A DNA stretch of 64,000 nucleotides from the human T2T-CHM13v2.0 reference genome, Homo sapiens: NCBI RefSeq assembly GCF_009914755.1, contig NC_060937.1; one strand, 5' to 3'. Below, piece by piece: positions 1 to 21,901 of the stretch (its first letter is position 1; the number at the start of each line of letters is the position of its first letter). The notes beneath the pieces are model-generated. The model did no database searches. It was not told the DNA's origin and saw only the letters and a program-made list of their open reading frames with translations. The translations under genes and the position numbers were made by a program.

Positions 1-1280
1 CTCTGCATTGGTTATTCTAGTTAGCCATTCGTCCAATCTTTTTTTAAGGTTTTTAACTTCTTTGCCGTGGGTTCAAACTTCTTCCTTTAGCTCAGAGTAA
101 TTTGATCGTCTGAAGCCTTCTTCTCTCAACTCGTCAAAGTCATTCTCCATCCAGCTTTGTTCCATTGCTGGTGAGGAGCTGCATTCCTTTGGAGGAAGAG
201 AGGCACTCTGATTTTTAGAATTTTCAGTTTTTCTGCTCTGTTTTTTCCCCATCTTTGTGGTTTTATCTACCTTTGGTCTTTGATGATGGTGACATACAGA
301 TGGGGTTTTGGTGTGGATGTCCTTTCTGTTTGTTAGTTTTCCTTCTAACATTCAGGACCCTCAGCTGCAGGTCTGTTGGAGTTTGCTGGAGGTCCACTCC
401 AGACCCTGTTTGCCTGGGTATCAGCAGCAGAAGCTGCAGAACAGCGGATATTGGTGCACAGCAAATGTTGCTGCCTGATCGTTCCTCTGAAAGTTTTGTC
501 TGAGAGGAGAACCTGGCCGTGTGAGGTGTCAGTCTGCCCCTACTGGGGAGTGCCTCCCAGTTAGGCTACTCGGGGGTCAGGGACCCACTTGAGGAGGCAG
601 TCTGTCCATTCTCAGATCTCAAGCTGCGTGCTGGGAGAACCACTGCTCTCTTCAAAGCTGTCAGACAGGGACATTTAAGTCTGCAGAGGTTTCTGCTGCC
701 TTTTGCTTGGCTATGCCCTGCCCCCAGAGGTGGAGTCTACAGAGGCAGGCAGGCCTCCTTGAGCTGCAGTGGGCTCCACCCAGTTCGAATTTCCCAGCCG
801 CTTTGTTTACCTACTCGAGCCTCGGCATTCATGGGCGCCCCTCCCCGAGACTCGCAGCTGCCTTGCAGTTTGATCTCAGACTGCTGTGCTAGCAATGAGC
901 GAGGCTCCGTGGGCGTAGGACCCTCCGAGCCAGGTGGGGAATATAATCTCCTGGTGTGCCATTTGCTAAGACCGTAGGAAAAGCGCAGTATTAGGGTGGG
1001 AGTGACCCGATTTTCCAGGTGCCGTCTGTCACCCCTCTCCTTGGCTAGGATAGGGAATTCCCTGACCCCTTGTGCTTCCCGGGTGAGGCCATGCCTCGCC
1101 CTGCTTCAGCTCATGCTTGATGCGCTGCACCCACTGTCCTGCACCCACTGTCTGACAATCCCCAGTGAGATGAATCCGGTACCTCAGTTGGAAATGCAGA
1201 AATCATTCGTCTTCTGCGTCGCTCATGCTGGGAGCTGTAGAATGGAGCTGTTCCTATTCGGCCATCTTGGCTCCACCCTC
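1..1280 (-). mobile_element. LINE-1 (L1PA4-6-like) 5' UTR and start of ORF1; continues beyond the left edge of the window
   Basis: Minus strand begins GAGGGTGGAGCCAAGATGGCCGAATAGGAACAGCTC at 1280 (L1 5' end with YY1 site). ORF 73..351 contains MGKKQSRKTENSKNQSAS...MENDFDELREEGFRRSNYSELKEEV (ORF1p N-terminus). The 5'UTR retains the segment deleted in L1PA2/L1HS. Confidence 0.95.
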
Positions 1281-1341
1281 TGCAACTCTTGATTTCTGAG
1301 TTCTTCCAAGCATCTGAGTTCTTCTTGATGCCTCATTAGAT
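1281..1341 (-). pseudogene. PSPC1P1: PSPC1 (paraspeckle component 1, DBHS family) pseudogene exon, coiled-coil region, cut by L1 insertion
   Basis: Acceptor tcattattttgtag| followed by (D)[20 protein letters not shown], versus PSPC1 [24 protein letters not shown]. Phase matches the 8804 donor (G|AT = Asp). The P1 symbol is inferred from neighbouring ANKRD26P. Confidence 0.88.
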
Positions 1342-1547
1342 CTACAAAATAATGACTACACAGTAATATTTTTAGTTTCCCTTTCCATATTTTTATACCA
1401 ATAAGCATAGAAGTTCTCTGTCACTGGCAATATATTGGTATATTACTCATTTTATAATAAATTGTAAGCTGGGTAATTAATCAAATAAATATCCTTTCTG
1501 AGCACGTTTCTTCATGTATATAAAAAAGAGTATTCAAGTTCATTCTT

Positions 1548-1835
1548 GGCCAGGTGCGGTGGCCCACGCCTGTAATCCCAATACTTTGAGAGGCCAAGGC
1601 AGGTGGATCACTTGAGGCTAGGAGTTTGAGACCAGTCTGGCCAACAAGGCAAAACCCCAACTCCACCAAAACTACAAAAATTAGCTGGGCATGGTGGTGT
1701 GTGCCTGCAGTCCCAGCTACTCAGAAGGCTGAGGTAGGAGAATCACTTGAACTCGGGAGGTGGAGGATGCAGTGAGTCGAGATTGTGCCACTGCACTCCA
1801 GCCTGAATGACAGAGCAAGACTCCATCTCAAAAAC
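1548..1835 (+). mobile_element. Alu (AluS-type), full length
   Basis: Dimeric Alu consensus; TSD CAAGTTCATTCTT on both sides. Confidence 0.9.
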
Positions 1836-1879
1836 AAGTTCATTCTTGTTGGGGAAAAAAAGCATAATAAACTCCTCTT

Positions 1880-2650
<771 letters not shown>

Positions 2651-3071
2651 TGACAGGCTTTTAACCTCTCAGATCTTATCACCTTACCTGTAACATTGGT
2701 ATAATTAGCTCAAAGGCTCCAACAATGAAATTATCAAATAAGCACAATTAGCTAATACTTAAAAGAACTATAGACTTAAAACTACCATTTTATGCTCACT
2801 AAATTATAAATTTTTTAAAGTTTCTAATACCCAAAGTTCCTGAAATTTCACTAAAGCTTATACATCTGTACACTGCCATGATAACATCTTTGTAAGGGAA
2901 AAAAACTGTAAAAAGTACATAACTAGAGATGTCTTTATCTTTTGATCCAGGAAATTACACTCAGGAATTTTTCTTAACAAAATAAAACAAAGCCATCTAC
3001 AGACATGAAGCCATCATCTACAGTATTACTTATTACTTACTAAATCAAATAACACTTTGAAATGCTTTCCT

Positions 3072-3400
<329 letters not shown>

Positions 3401-3679
3401 AATGCTGTCCTAACACATTTAATGATAAAATTACATGAAATTATATGCTATAATTTCAATGTATCATAAATACAGGTACAGAAAAAAGGAATATAAACAA
3501 ACTAAAATTTTGATTTGCTAGACTGTGAGACAGTGTTTTCTCAATTTAAAATTGCACAAGTCATGAAAACTGAATGTATAAGTTCTGATCTAACAATTCT
3601 ATTTTCTAAAAATACTAGTCTCTTTATTTTTCTTTCAGTTTTTATTTTACCTCTGATCTGTCTGGATTTATGACACTGA

Positions 3680-5945
<2,266 letters not shown>

Positions 5946-6539
5946 AAATATGAAACTGTAGAACAAATGGGAGGAAGTTGTAACTTTTTAAATTTTTAAA
6001 CAAACTACAACTGAAATTTACCAATTGCAGACTTTGGATCAAATAAGTACAAGTACTTCGGCACAAGTGAACCCAGAAGCAGGGAGTAGGATGCAATAGG
6101 CAATGTGATTTTCTAATATTATAAACTAAGATATTGTTAACAGAGACTTTAAATGAACACACACGATAAACAACAAAACTTAAACTCAGGGGAAATAACT
6201 CTGCAAAATTACTCTACTTCAAACATCAAAATACCTTCAGGCAAAGTTTTCTAAGAGCTCAAGAAAAAACTGAAGTCTAAGGAAATGTTCTTTGCCATCA
6301 ATATATCCTCAGTACCTCAGATGTGTCTCCCATAACTGACATTAAAGATGTGCTAAATTAGTGAATGTTATACCACTGTTCGTAGCATCAACACAAATCT
6401 TTAGTACAGATGCTTCCACATCTAATCAACATTATTATCTAACTAGGGCACAACTGTAGGTAGGTGGGAAACAAAATGGCAGAGAAGTGCCTAGCAGGCT
6501 AAGAGAAAACAATTCATATTGAACAGAAGGGCTAGGGCA

Positions 6540-8603
<2,064 letters not shown>

Positions 8604-8803
8604 AAGTAAAACTAACTTTTAATAAGTTGTGTTTTTTTTTAAGGTAAGTTATCTGGGAAAAGGGAGATTTTCACACCTAATATGTTGGGTTCCAACTTTG
8701 TCTCTAAACTCCTAAATGGCACTTTACACAGTAGTACGTGAATGGTACATACACTTAAGGAAAAAAAAAATCATACCACATGTACATGAAAATCCATGTT
8801 TAC

Positions 8804-8988
8804 CTTGCCTCATTAGCATTAATTGGTGTTCATGCTTAGCTGCTTCCATTTCTGCCTCCAGTTTCTCTTTGGCTTCTCTGATGTTTCTATCAACCTGCTC
8901 ACGCTGCTGCTTTTCCATTTCTTCAAGAGCCTTCCATCGAGATGCATACGTCCCAGGTTGAGCAAAACGTGGTGGTTGTTCTCTTTCC
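8804..8988 (-). pseudogene. PSPC1P1: PSPC1 pseudogene exon (NOPS/coiled-coil), 185 bp
   Basis: atttag|GGAAAGAGAA ... AGGCAAG|gtaaac. Translation [61 protein letters not shown] matches PSPC1 except for the missing FEFE and a few substitutions. Confidence 0.92.
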
Positions 8989-9689
8989 CTAAATTAACAT
9001 TAAAACATACAGAAATGTATGCTTAAAAGGTAAAATAACAACAAATGAGAACAACAAGCACTTACAATGTCCAAGACACCGTGTGAGACACCGTGTCTAC
9101 ATGAATTACCTCGTGACAATATTGTGATTACAGGCCTGAGTTTAAGAACTGCCCAAGAATGTTCAACTAATAATGGAACAATAATTCAAACTTACACAAT
9201 CTGATGCTACAACCTGCATTCTCCTAATTATTACCTGCAAAATTTCTGCTTTGGGAGGTTTCATTTTCTGGTTTTCAGTCAATGAAATATTTTACAAAGG
9301 AAAGTCTGGAACATATGAATTAACTGTCTGGATCAGATGTTTTTACTAGTAAAACCAGCTAGATTTTATTGAGTGTTATGTGCCAATTAATTGGGTAGGC
9401 CCCAAAAATCAAGGCCTAACTTACTACCATTGTAGTTAATTATTTAATACCTCTTTCCCTTGATAGACTATAAACTCAATTGATGACATCAAATGTGGCT
9501 GTTAAATGCTGTACCTCAAGTACCTAGAGTGCAGTATATACATTTAATATATATTTCTTGAATGAATAAATTAGTAAACAAATTACCAAATAAAAGGGTA
9601 TGAATGTATTTGAAAGTCTTCATTTTTTTCATATATACATGTACGTGTATATGTAAATATTTATTTTAGAGACATATAAAAAATATGAC

Positions 9690-12952
<3,263 letters not shown>

Positions 12953-13316
12953 GTGACAGACCATATGTTAGGCCATAGTAAAGGGCTCTACAAATTTTAA
13001 AACCTCAAAATCATATACAGTATCTTCTCAGACCACAAGAGAATTATAGATATCAATAACAAGAGCAACTTTATAAACTGTACAGTTACATGGAAATTAA
13101 ACATGCTTATGAATGAATACTGGGGTCAATGAAGAAATTAAGAAGAAAATAAAAAAAGTCTTCAATGAAAGCAAATAAAAATGAAACACAAAATACCAAA
13201 ACCTATGGGATACAGCAAGAGCAGTGTTAAGAGGAAAATTTATATCAACAAACACCTATATCAAAAGGCTAAAAAGCCTTCAAATAAACAACCTAATGAT
13301 TCACCTAAAGAAACTA

Positions 13317-13755
<439 letters not shown>

Positions 13756-14187
13756 CTAGTAAACTGCTACTTATACTAAATAAGAAAAACAGAGAAGAGA
13801 CCCAAGTAAATAAAACCAGAAACAAAACAGGAGATTTTGCAACTGATACCATAGAAATAGAAATGATTATTAGAGACATTTATGAAAAACTATATGACAA
13901 CAAATTGGAAAACCTAGAGGAAACTGATAAATTCCTGGACACATTAACTTACAGGATTTGACACGGAAAATCTAGAAGACCTGATCAGAGGAATCACAGG
14001 TAATGAGATTGAACCAGTAATAAGAAGTTCACAAAAAAGTCCCAAACCAGATTATCTTTACTGCCAAATTCTACTAATTCTTTACATTAAAACTAATACC
14101 AATTCTTCTCAAACGATTCCAAAATCTTCCTAGTTTATTCTATAAGGTCAGTTTTACCCTGACACTAAGGCTAGACAAGAACACATC

Positions 14188-14314
<127 letters not shown>

Positions 14315-17300
14315 CTACCGGCCAATATCCCTGGTGAATATAGATGCAAAAACCCTCCACAAAATACTAGTAAACTGAATCCAATAACACAAAAAAATGA
14401 ATACACCATGATAAGTTGAGACTTCTTCCTGGGATGTAAGGATGGCTCAATATATTCAAATCAATACATCTGCTAAATCTCATTAACAGAATAAAGGGGA
14501 AAACACACAGAAGTATCTCCACAAATGCAGAAAAGCATTTGATAAGATTCAACATACTTTCATCAGAAAAACTCTCACAAATCAGGCATACAAGGAACAA
14601 TCTTCAACATAATAAAGGTCACGTATGACAAAGCCACAGCTTACATCATACTGAATAGAGAAAAGCTGAAAGCCTTTCTTCTTAGAACTGGAACAAGACA
14701 AGGATACCCACTTTCACCATTCATATGCAACACAGTACTAGAAGTCCTAGCCAGAGCAAGTGGGCAAGAGAAAGAAATAAAGGGCATCCACATTGGAAAA
14801 AAAGGAAGTCAAATGGTCCCTCTTTGTAGATGACCTCATCTCACAGAAAAATAAACCTAAAGATGCTACCAAAAAAGACTTCAGACAGACACACAAATTA
14901 GCAAAGTTGCAGGATACCAAATCAGCATACAAAAATCAATCGTGTTTCTATACACCAATAATGAACTAGCTGAACAACTATCAAGAAAGCACTCTCACTT
15001 AAAATAGCAATAAAAAGATCAAATATCTAGTAATAAATTTAACCAAGGAGAATAAAGACCTCTACGGGGAACACTAAACAATACTAATAAAAGAAATTAG
15101 AAAAGATACAAACAAATGGACAGACATCCCATGGTCGTGAATTGGAAGAAATCATACTGTTAAAATAACCATACAACCCAAAGCAATCTACAGATTCAAT
15201 GCAATCCTTATCAGAATAATGTTGTTTTTCTCATAAATGCAAAAAACAATCCTAAAATTTGTATGGAACCTAAAAATGATTCCGAATAGCCAAACCACTC
15301 CTGAGCAAAAAGAAAGAAGCTGAAGAAATCACATTACCTGATTTCGAAATATGTTAAGAGGCAATATACTCAAAACAACATAGTGTTGATATGAAAAGAA
15401 ATACACCAGTGAAACAGAACTGAAAACTGAGAAATAAATCCAGGTATTTACAGCCAACTGATTTTAAACAAAGGCACCGAGAAGATACACTGGGGAAAGA
15501 ACACCATTTTCAATAAATGGTGCTGGGAAAACTGGATATCCATAGGCAGAATAATGAAACTGGGTCCTTACCTCTCACCATATACAAAATGCACTCCGAA
15601 TGGGTGCATTCAACATTATAAAATTACTAGAAGAAAACTCAGGATAAATGCTTCAGAACATTGGTCTAGACAATGATTTTATGGCTAAGACTTCGAAAGC
15701 ACAGGCAAAAACCCCCAAATAGACCATTGAGACTACAGTGGAATAAAAACCTGCAAACAAAGAAAACAACCAACAGAGCAAAGAGGCAATCTGAAGAACA
15801 GGTATAAGTATTTTCGAATGAGTCATCCAACAAGGGACTAACATCCAGGATATACAAGAATCTCAAACAGCAGTAAAAAACAAATAATCTAATTAAAGAT
15901 TAAATCAAGGATCTGAAGAGACATTTGTCAAAAGAACATGTACAAATGGCTAACAAATGGGTGAAAAAATATCCAACATCACTAATTATCAGGAAAATGC
16001 AAATCAAAACCACTATGTGATACCATCTCACATGTGTCAGAATGGCTATCACTGAAAAGTAAAAAATAACAGATTCTGGTGAGGCTAAAGAAAAAAAGGG
16101 AATGCTTAGACACTACTTGTGAGAATGTAAGTTAGTTCAGCCACAATGAAAAGCAGTTTGGTGATTTCTCAAAGAACTTAGAACTACCATTTGACCCAGC
16201 AATCTCATTATTGGGTATATACCCAAAAGAAAATAAATTGTTCTACCATAAAGACACATGTATGTGTATGTTCCTTGCAACACTATTCACAATAGCAAAG
16301 ACATAAAATCAATCTAAATGCCCATCAATGACAGAGTGGATAAAGAAAATGTGATACACATACACCATGGAATCCTTTGCAGCCATTATAAAGAATGAGA
16401 TAATACTCTTCACAGCAACATGGATGGAGATGGAGGCCATTATTCTAAGTGAACACACACAGGAGCAGAAAACCAAACGTCGCATGTTCTCACTTCTAAG
16501 TAGGAGCTAAACACTGAGTACACGTGGACAAAAAGAAAGGAACAATAGACACCAGGGCCTACTTGAGGCTGGAGGGTAAGATGAGGATAAGCATTGAAAA
16601 CCTACCTATCAAATTCTATGCTTATTACCTAGGTGACAAAATAATCTGTACATCAAACCCCTGCAACACAGAAGTTATCTGTAGAACCAACCTGCACATG
16701 GACCACTGAAAGGAAAATAAAAGATAAAAGATTATATTTTAAAAAGAGTCCCCAGGAACCTAGCTCCCCAGGTACATTTTATCCAGGTGGTCTTCAGGTC
16801 TGTCTGTAGGTTTGTGTAGATTTGGCTACAAATGGCCAGAACAGGCTTACTCAAGCCCGGGTAGACATCAGCATCTGGGCCCATTTTTCTGACCCTCCAA
16901 AAGGCCCCAATAACCCTCAGTGCACATCTCCATGGCCTGGCTGTCCTACCTTCCCAGTATCAGGTTCTGTCTCCCACACTTGCAATGTCCCCAACATATC
17001 CTGAGACCAATGTCCCCAAAATATCCTCAGACCAAGCCTTGCTGCCTCTCCATTGTCTGCCCCATCATTGGTGTCCAATCAAAATCACCTCTCCTGACTT
17101 ACAGGTTCAGGATAGGTGGACAGCTTTCCCACCAAGGAATGTTAGTCCTTTGGCTTTGTCTGTTTGAAATTGCTGGCCTGCTCTTTGCCAGGGGAATACG
17201 GTCCCATAGAACTTGCCGGGAAGAACTCCAGCGGCCTTTTGTTGTCACTTCAGTTACAGGAGAGGACCCAGTTACAGGAGAGGACCCAAAGGCCGGCCAG

Positions 17301-18147
17301 AAAGCTTGCAGAGCTTCAGGCCTTTGGCCAGATGTTTGGCCTGTGGCCTCAGGGCTCTTTGTATGTCTAAGGCTTTCATGTGCACAATACACATCCATCG
17401 TGCTGAAGCCACCCCACCACACAAGGTAGGCACTAGTTTTCACACTAGGATCATCCATCCACCTGGGTAGGCAGTGTCCAACAGTCTGCTTTAGACATGA
17501 GGTTCATGCATTTATTTAATTTTATCTCATTTTATGTATTCTTTTGCCTGTCATCTTCTTTGGAGTCCAGAAGTGTTCATCAAGCCAGCTTCCCTTTGTC
17601 CCATGCTTCTCGTGCTTATCAAGGAGACCACAGGGAAAATATTTTTTACAGTATGTTTTTAATTCAGGCATTCTTCAGATGTGTGAATGTTTTGTTTGTT
17701 TGTTTGTTTGTTTTTTGGATTTAGTTGTGAACAGCCCGCATAGACTTGCTCAAGACTCAGTAGCCTTCAACACCTGTGACAATTTTTCTGGCCTCCAAAA
17801 GGCCCCAGTGGCCCTCACTGCAGCCCTGCGATGGCCTGGCTGTTCTTCCATACTGGGACCACATTCGCCATCCACACTCTCAATGCCTGCAAGGACTCAG
17901 ACCTAGCTTTTTTCCTCTCCACGGAAAGCCTGTTCTCCATCCACACAAACTGAAACGCCTCTGTCTGCACACACCTCAGATGTTCAAAAGAAGAGTACCT
18001 GTCCTGACTGAAAGGGAGAAGTGAACGGCCTTTCCACTGTGGGATGATGGCCCTTTAAATGAGTCTCGTTAATATCTCTGGCCTGGTAGTTTTACTAATT
18101 TGTGTTTTCCTCTTGATTGTAAATGCCTACTCATTCAAGACACCATC

Positions 18148-18540
<393 letters not shown>

Positions 18541-18999
18541 TAAAGTCAAGGGAGTTTAGACATCACCTATTTCCATGGCTGTGAAAACTAAAAGAGACAC
18601 CGGTCATTTCAAGCCTTCTGTGCCCAGAATGCAGGGCTGTTCCAGGTGTTCTGGGCCACTGAGCTCCCTGAGGAAGAAGCTGCATCCGGCTAACAGGCTA
18701 CAACCCCTCTGGACCAGTCTTGCAAAGGGAGGGATGCCCAGCTGCCATGCCAGCACAGGAACTCATACCATAGTCTTCTCAGTGTTCTGAGAGTGGGGGC
18801 TCCTCCCGTGCTTGAGCTCAGGCCACAGACCTCAGCCCAATACCCCTACACAGTGTGCTTGACTCCTGGGGCATTGAGACAAAGCCTGCAGTTTTGTGTT
18901 TGGCCCCTTGTGGTTGAACAGTGACCATCCAAGGGTCCAAACTGCTCCCAGGCCTTTGGTAAAATGCTCAGGCTGGGCAGTGGAGGCTGTGCTGTGGGG

Positions 19000-19797
19000 T
19001 GAGGATGTGGAGAAAACAGAATCCTCATACAGTTAGTGGAAATGTAAATGAGTACAATCACCATGGATAATAGTGTGGAGGTTCCTAAAAAAGCCCTAAG
19101 CCTAGAACTACCATATGATCCAGCAATCACACTACTAGGTATATACCCCAAAGAAAGGAAATCAGTATATCAAAGAGATATGTGCACATTTATGTTTATC
19201 GCAGCATTATTCACAATAGCTAAGATGTGGAAGCAATCTAGGTGCCCATCAACAGACGAATGGATTTTTGAAATGTGGCGCACATACACAACGAACTACT
19301 ATTCAGCCATAAGAAGAATCAGATTCTGTGATTTGCAACAATACAGATGGAACTGAAGGACATTATGTTAAATGAAATAAGCCAGGCACAGAAAGACAGA
19401 CTTATCATGTTCTCATTCATTTGTGAGAGCTAAAAATTAAGACACTTGTACTCGTGGAGGTAGAGAGTAGAATGATGGTTATCAGAGGCTGGGAAGTGGG
19501 GAGGGGGTTGGGGAGAAGTAAGGACGGTTAGTGAGTATAAAAATGTAGTTACATAGAATAAGATCTGCTTTATAGCACAGCAGGTAACTACAGTCAACAG
19601 TGATTTATAGTACATTTAAAAATAACTAAAAGAGTGTAATCGGAACGTTTATAACACAAAGAAATGATAAATGTTTGAGGTGATGAATTTAGCCTGATGT
19701 GATTACAATGCATTGTATGCTTCTATCAAAGCATCTCCTGTAGTCCATAAATACATACACCTACTCTGTACCCACAAAAATTAAATTAAGAAAAAGA
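19000..19797 (+). mobile_element. L1MA-type 3' fragment
   Basis: ORF2 C-terminus (ELPYDPAITLLGIYPKE...MFIAALFTIAK) plus L1MA-like 3'UTR and A tail. Confidence 0.8.
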
Positions 19798-20129
19798 AAT
19801 AGAGTACAAGAGATAGAGGTTACAAGTTAGACTACTTTGAATATACTTGTTTTACAGATTGATTTTGAAATTACGTAAATATTCCACATAATCATAAGAC
19901 AAAATTAAATCTAAAAGAGTAATCGCTATGACTTGAAAGTAAAATAAACTCATACCCACTTGATGTCATAAGTCCTCACAGAGGGGCTATTCCTTGTGCT
20001 TTTATTTAAACACATAACAATCTGGAGAAAATGTCTAAACTGTTCATAGTAATTATATGTTGTAGTATTGATATTTTGAGACTCATGCATGTATTATGGA
20101 TAAATCAAAATATTAGGATGATATCACTA

Positions 20130-20610
20130 AGACAAAAACAAAAATCTCAACAGAATTAAACTAGAAATTGATAAAACAAAGGTAGCTGGAAAATCCCCAA
20201 ATACTTGGGAATTAAGGAGCACACTTCTAATAACACATGGGTGAAAGAAGAAATCTCAAGAGAAAATTTAATGAAAATGAAAACACAACTTTTCAAAAAT
20301 TGTAGGAAGTAGAAAAAGCAGTACCTCATGAGAAATGTAGAGCAGGGAATGCATATATTAAAGAAGAAAGTTTTAACACCAATAATCTAAACTTCCACAG
20401 CACAAAAAGGGAAAAGAAGAGCAAATAAAATTTAAAGCAAGCAGAAGAAAAGAAATAATTAAATTTAGAAGAGACACATTACAATTCAAAACAGGAAATC
20501 AAGAGAGAAAACAAAAGCTAGTTATTTGAAGAGGTCAAAAAAACCAGTAAGCTAACTTAGAAAAAAAGAGAGAGGACACAGATTACTATTGTCAGAAATG
20601 AAACATCACT
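20130..20610 (+). mobile_element. Old L1M ORF2 fragment
   Basis: Degenerate ORF2-like A-rich sequence (ttggaaattaa...acacatgggtgaaagaagaaatc). Confidence 0.6.
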
Positions 20611-21199
20611 ACATCACTTGTTCACCTCCTCCATGGACACTAGGGTCAGTTTCTGGAGATTCATTTCCCCGGCTTCATACTGGGGCAGAATTTCACCAAT
20701 AGGCCTGGCTAGATATTCTGGGGGCCTCTCTAACCTTTGTGGGGATACATCTTCTCTGGTCTTGTGCATGTAATTTTCCAGTTCCAGAGGTTTGCCACTT
20801 TTTCAGAATCTCATAATCTCTTGCTCCTTCTGGTGTCTGCCTGCACACAGGCTCTCTGGTACTGCAACAAGATACTGAACTCTCTGTTCTCCATGGCCAC
20901 CAGTTATTCAAAGTAGGTGGATTTTCTGTCAGCACTCCACGTCATACAACACACAATCCAGTCCCTCAGGTAGCCCCTGAAAAGTCAGAATGTTACCCTT
21001 AGATTCCCTTCTTAACTTCTATTCCTGAGGGAGAAGCCAAGAGTTGAACATGTTCTCCTGATCAAACCAAACTATGCCCACTTGAGGAAAGGGCTATATC
21101 ATGGGTAAAATGCAACATCTTTTCTCACCCATTCGAATGCAGCTGTTCTTGGTTTTGCACTGGCCTGGGTTACTGCTGGTTTCTGGAGCCTCCTAAAGT

Positions 21200-21680
21200 C
21201 TTGCAGGTTGCAGTCAAGATGTCAGCCAGGGCTACAGTCATCTCGCAGGTGGAGCGTTCACTTCCAAGATGACTCAGTCATGTGCCTTTGGCTGAAGGCC
21301 TGTCAGTTCCTTGCCACATGTATCTCCCTGCAAAGCTGCCTGAAAGTCCGCACCGCATAGCATCTGGCTTTTGCTAGAGCTGTTGATCAGAGAGAGGGAG
21401 AGAGAGTTAAAGAGGTGGAGGAGGAGGAAGAGGAGGAAACAATGGTGCCTTTTATTAACTAGCTTTCTTCTTTTATTTTCTTTCACCATCATGTTCATCT
21501 CTGATATTGTCTAGTCTTCCAACATACACATTGTCACATCCACATCCACTTTCTCTGTTCATTAGAAATGTGCTCATAAGTCTAGCCCATATTCAAGGGG
21601 AGAAGTATTAGGCTTTACCTCTCAAAGGGGAAAAAAATGAAATAATTTTAACATATTTAATAATACATTTTAACATTACC
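21200..21680. mobile_element. MaLR (MLT1-like) LTR remnant
   Basis: gcagtcaagatgtcagccagggctacagtcatctc...ttccaagatgactc...agcccatattcaagggga resemble MLT1 motifs. Confidence 0.5.
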
Positions 21681-21796
21681 ACAAATATAAAACTTTAGTC
21701 ATAAACACATTTCAATTTTTTCCTATTCTTATGCATTATCAAATGATTTATATATTCGCAGAATGTCCAAAGGTTTGGCTGATTTTTAATACATAC

Positions 21797-21901
21797 TTGT
21801 TTTGTTATCTTAACATCAATAAGGTAATCTAAAGTGTGTACTTGTAAATTATCATCTAGGCAATCCTTGGATTCCTGTCTTCTTTCGAGTTTTCTCTGTG
21901 A
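21797..21901 (-). other. Candidate orphan exon (105 bp, phase 0-0, open frame SQRKLERRQESKDCLDDNLQVHTLDYLIDVKITKQ)
   Basis: Branch point CTAAC + polypyrimidine tract + ttcag| acceptor; |gtatgt donor; parent gene not recognised. Confidence 0.4.

Noticed and set aside
8804-8988. Functional PSPC1 gene
   Set aside because: FEFE deletion, substitutions, an L1 inside the next exon, and no upstream exons seen before the 12.95-kb junction.
9074-9098. 12-bp tandem AGACACCGTGTG duplication
   Set aside because: An isolated slippage duplication in intronic DNA with no evidence of function.
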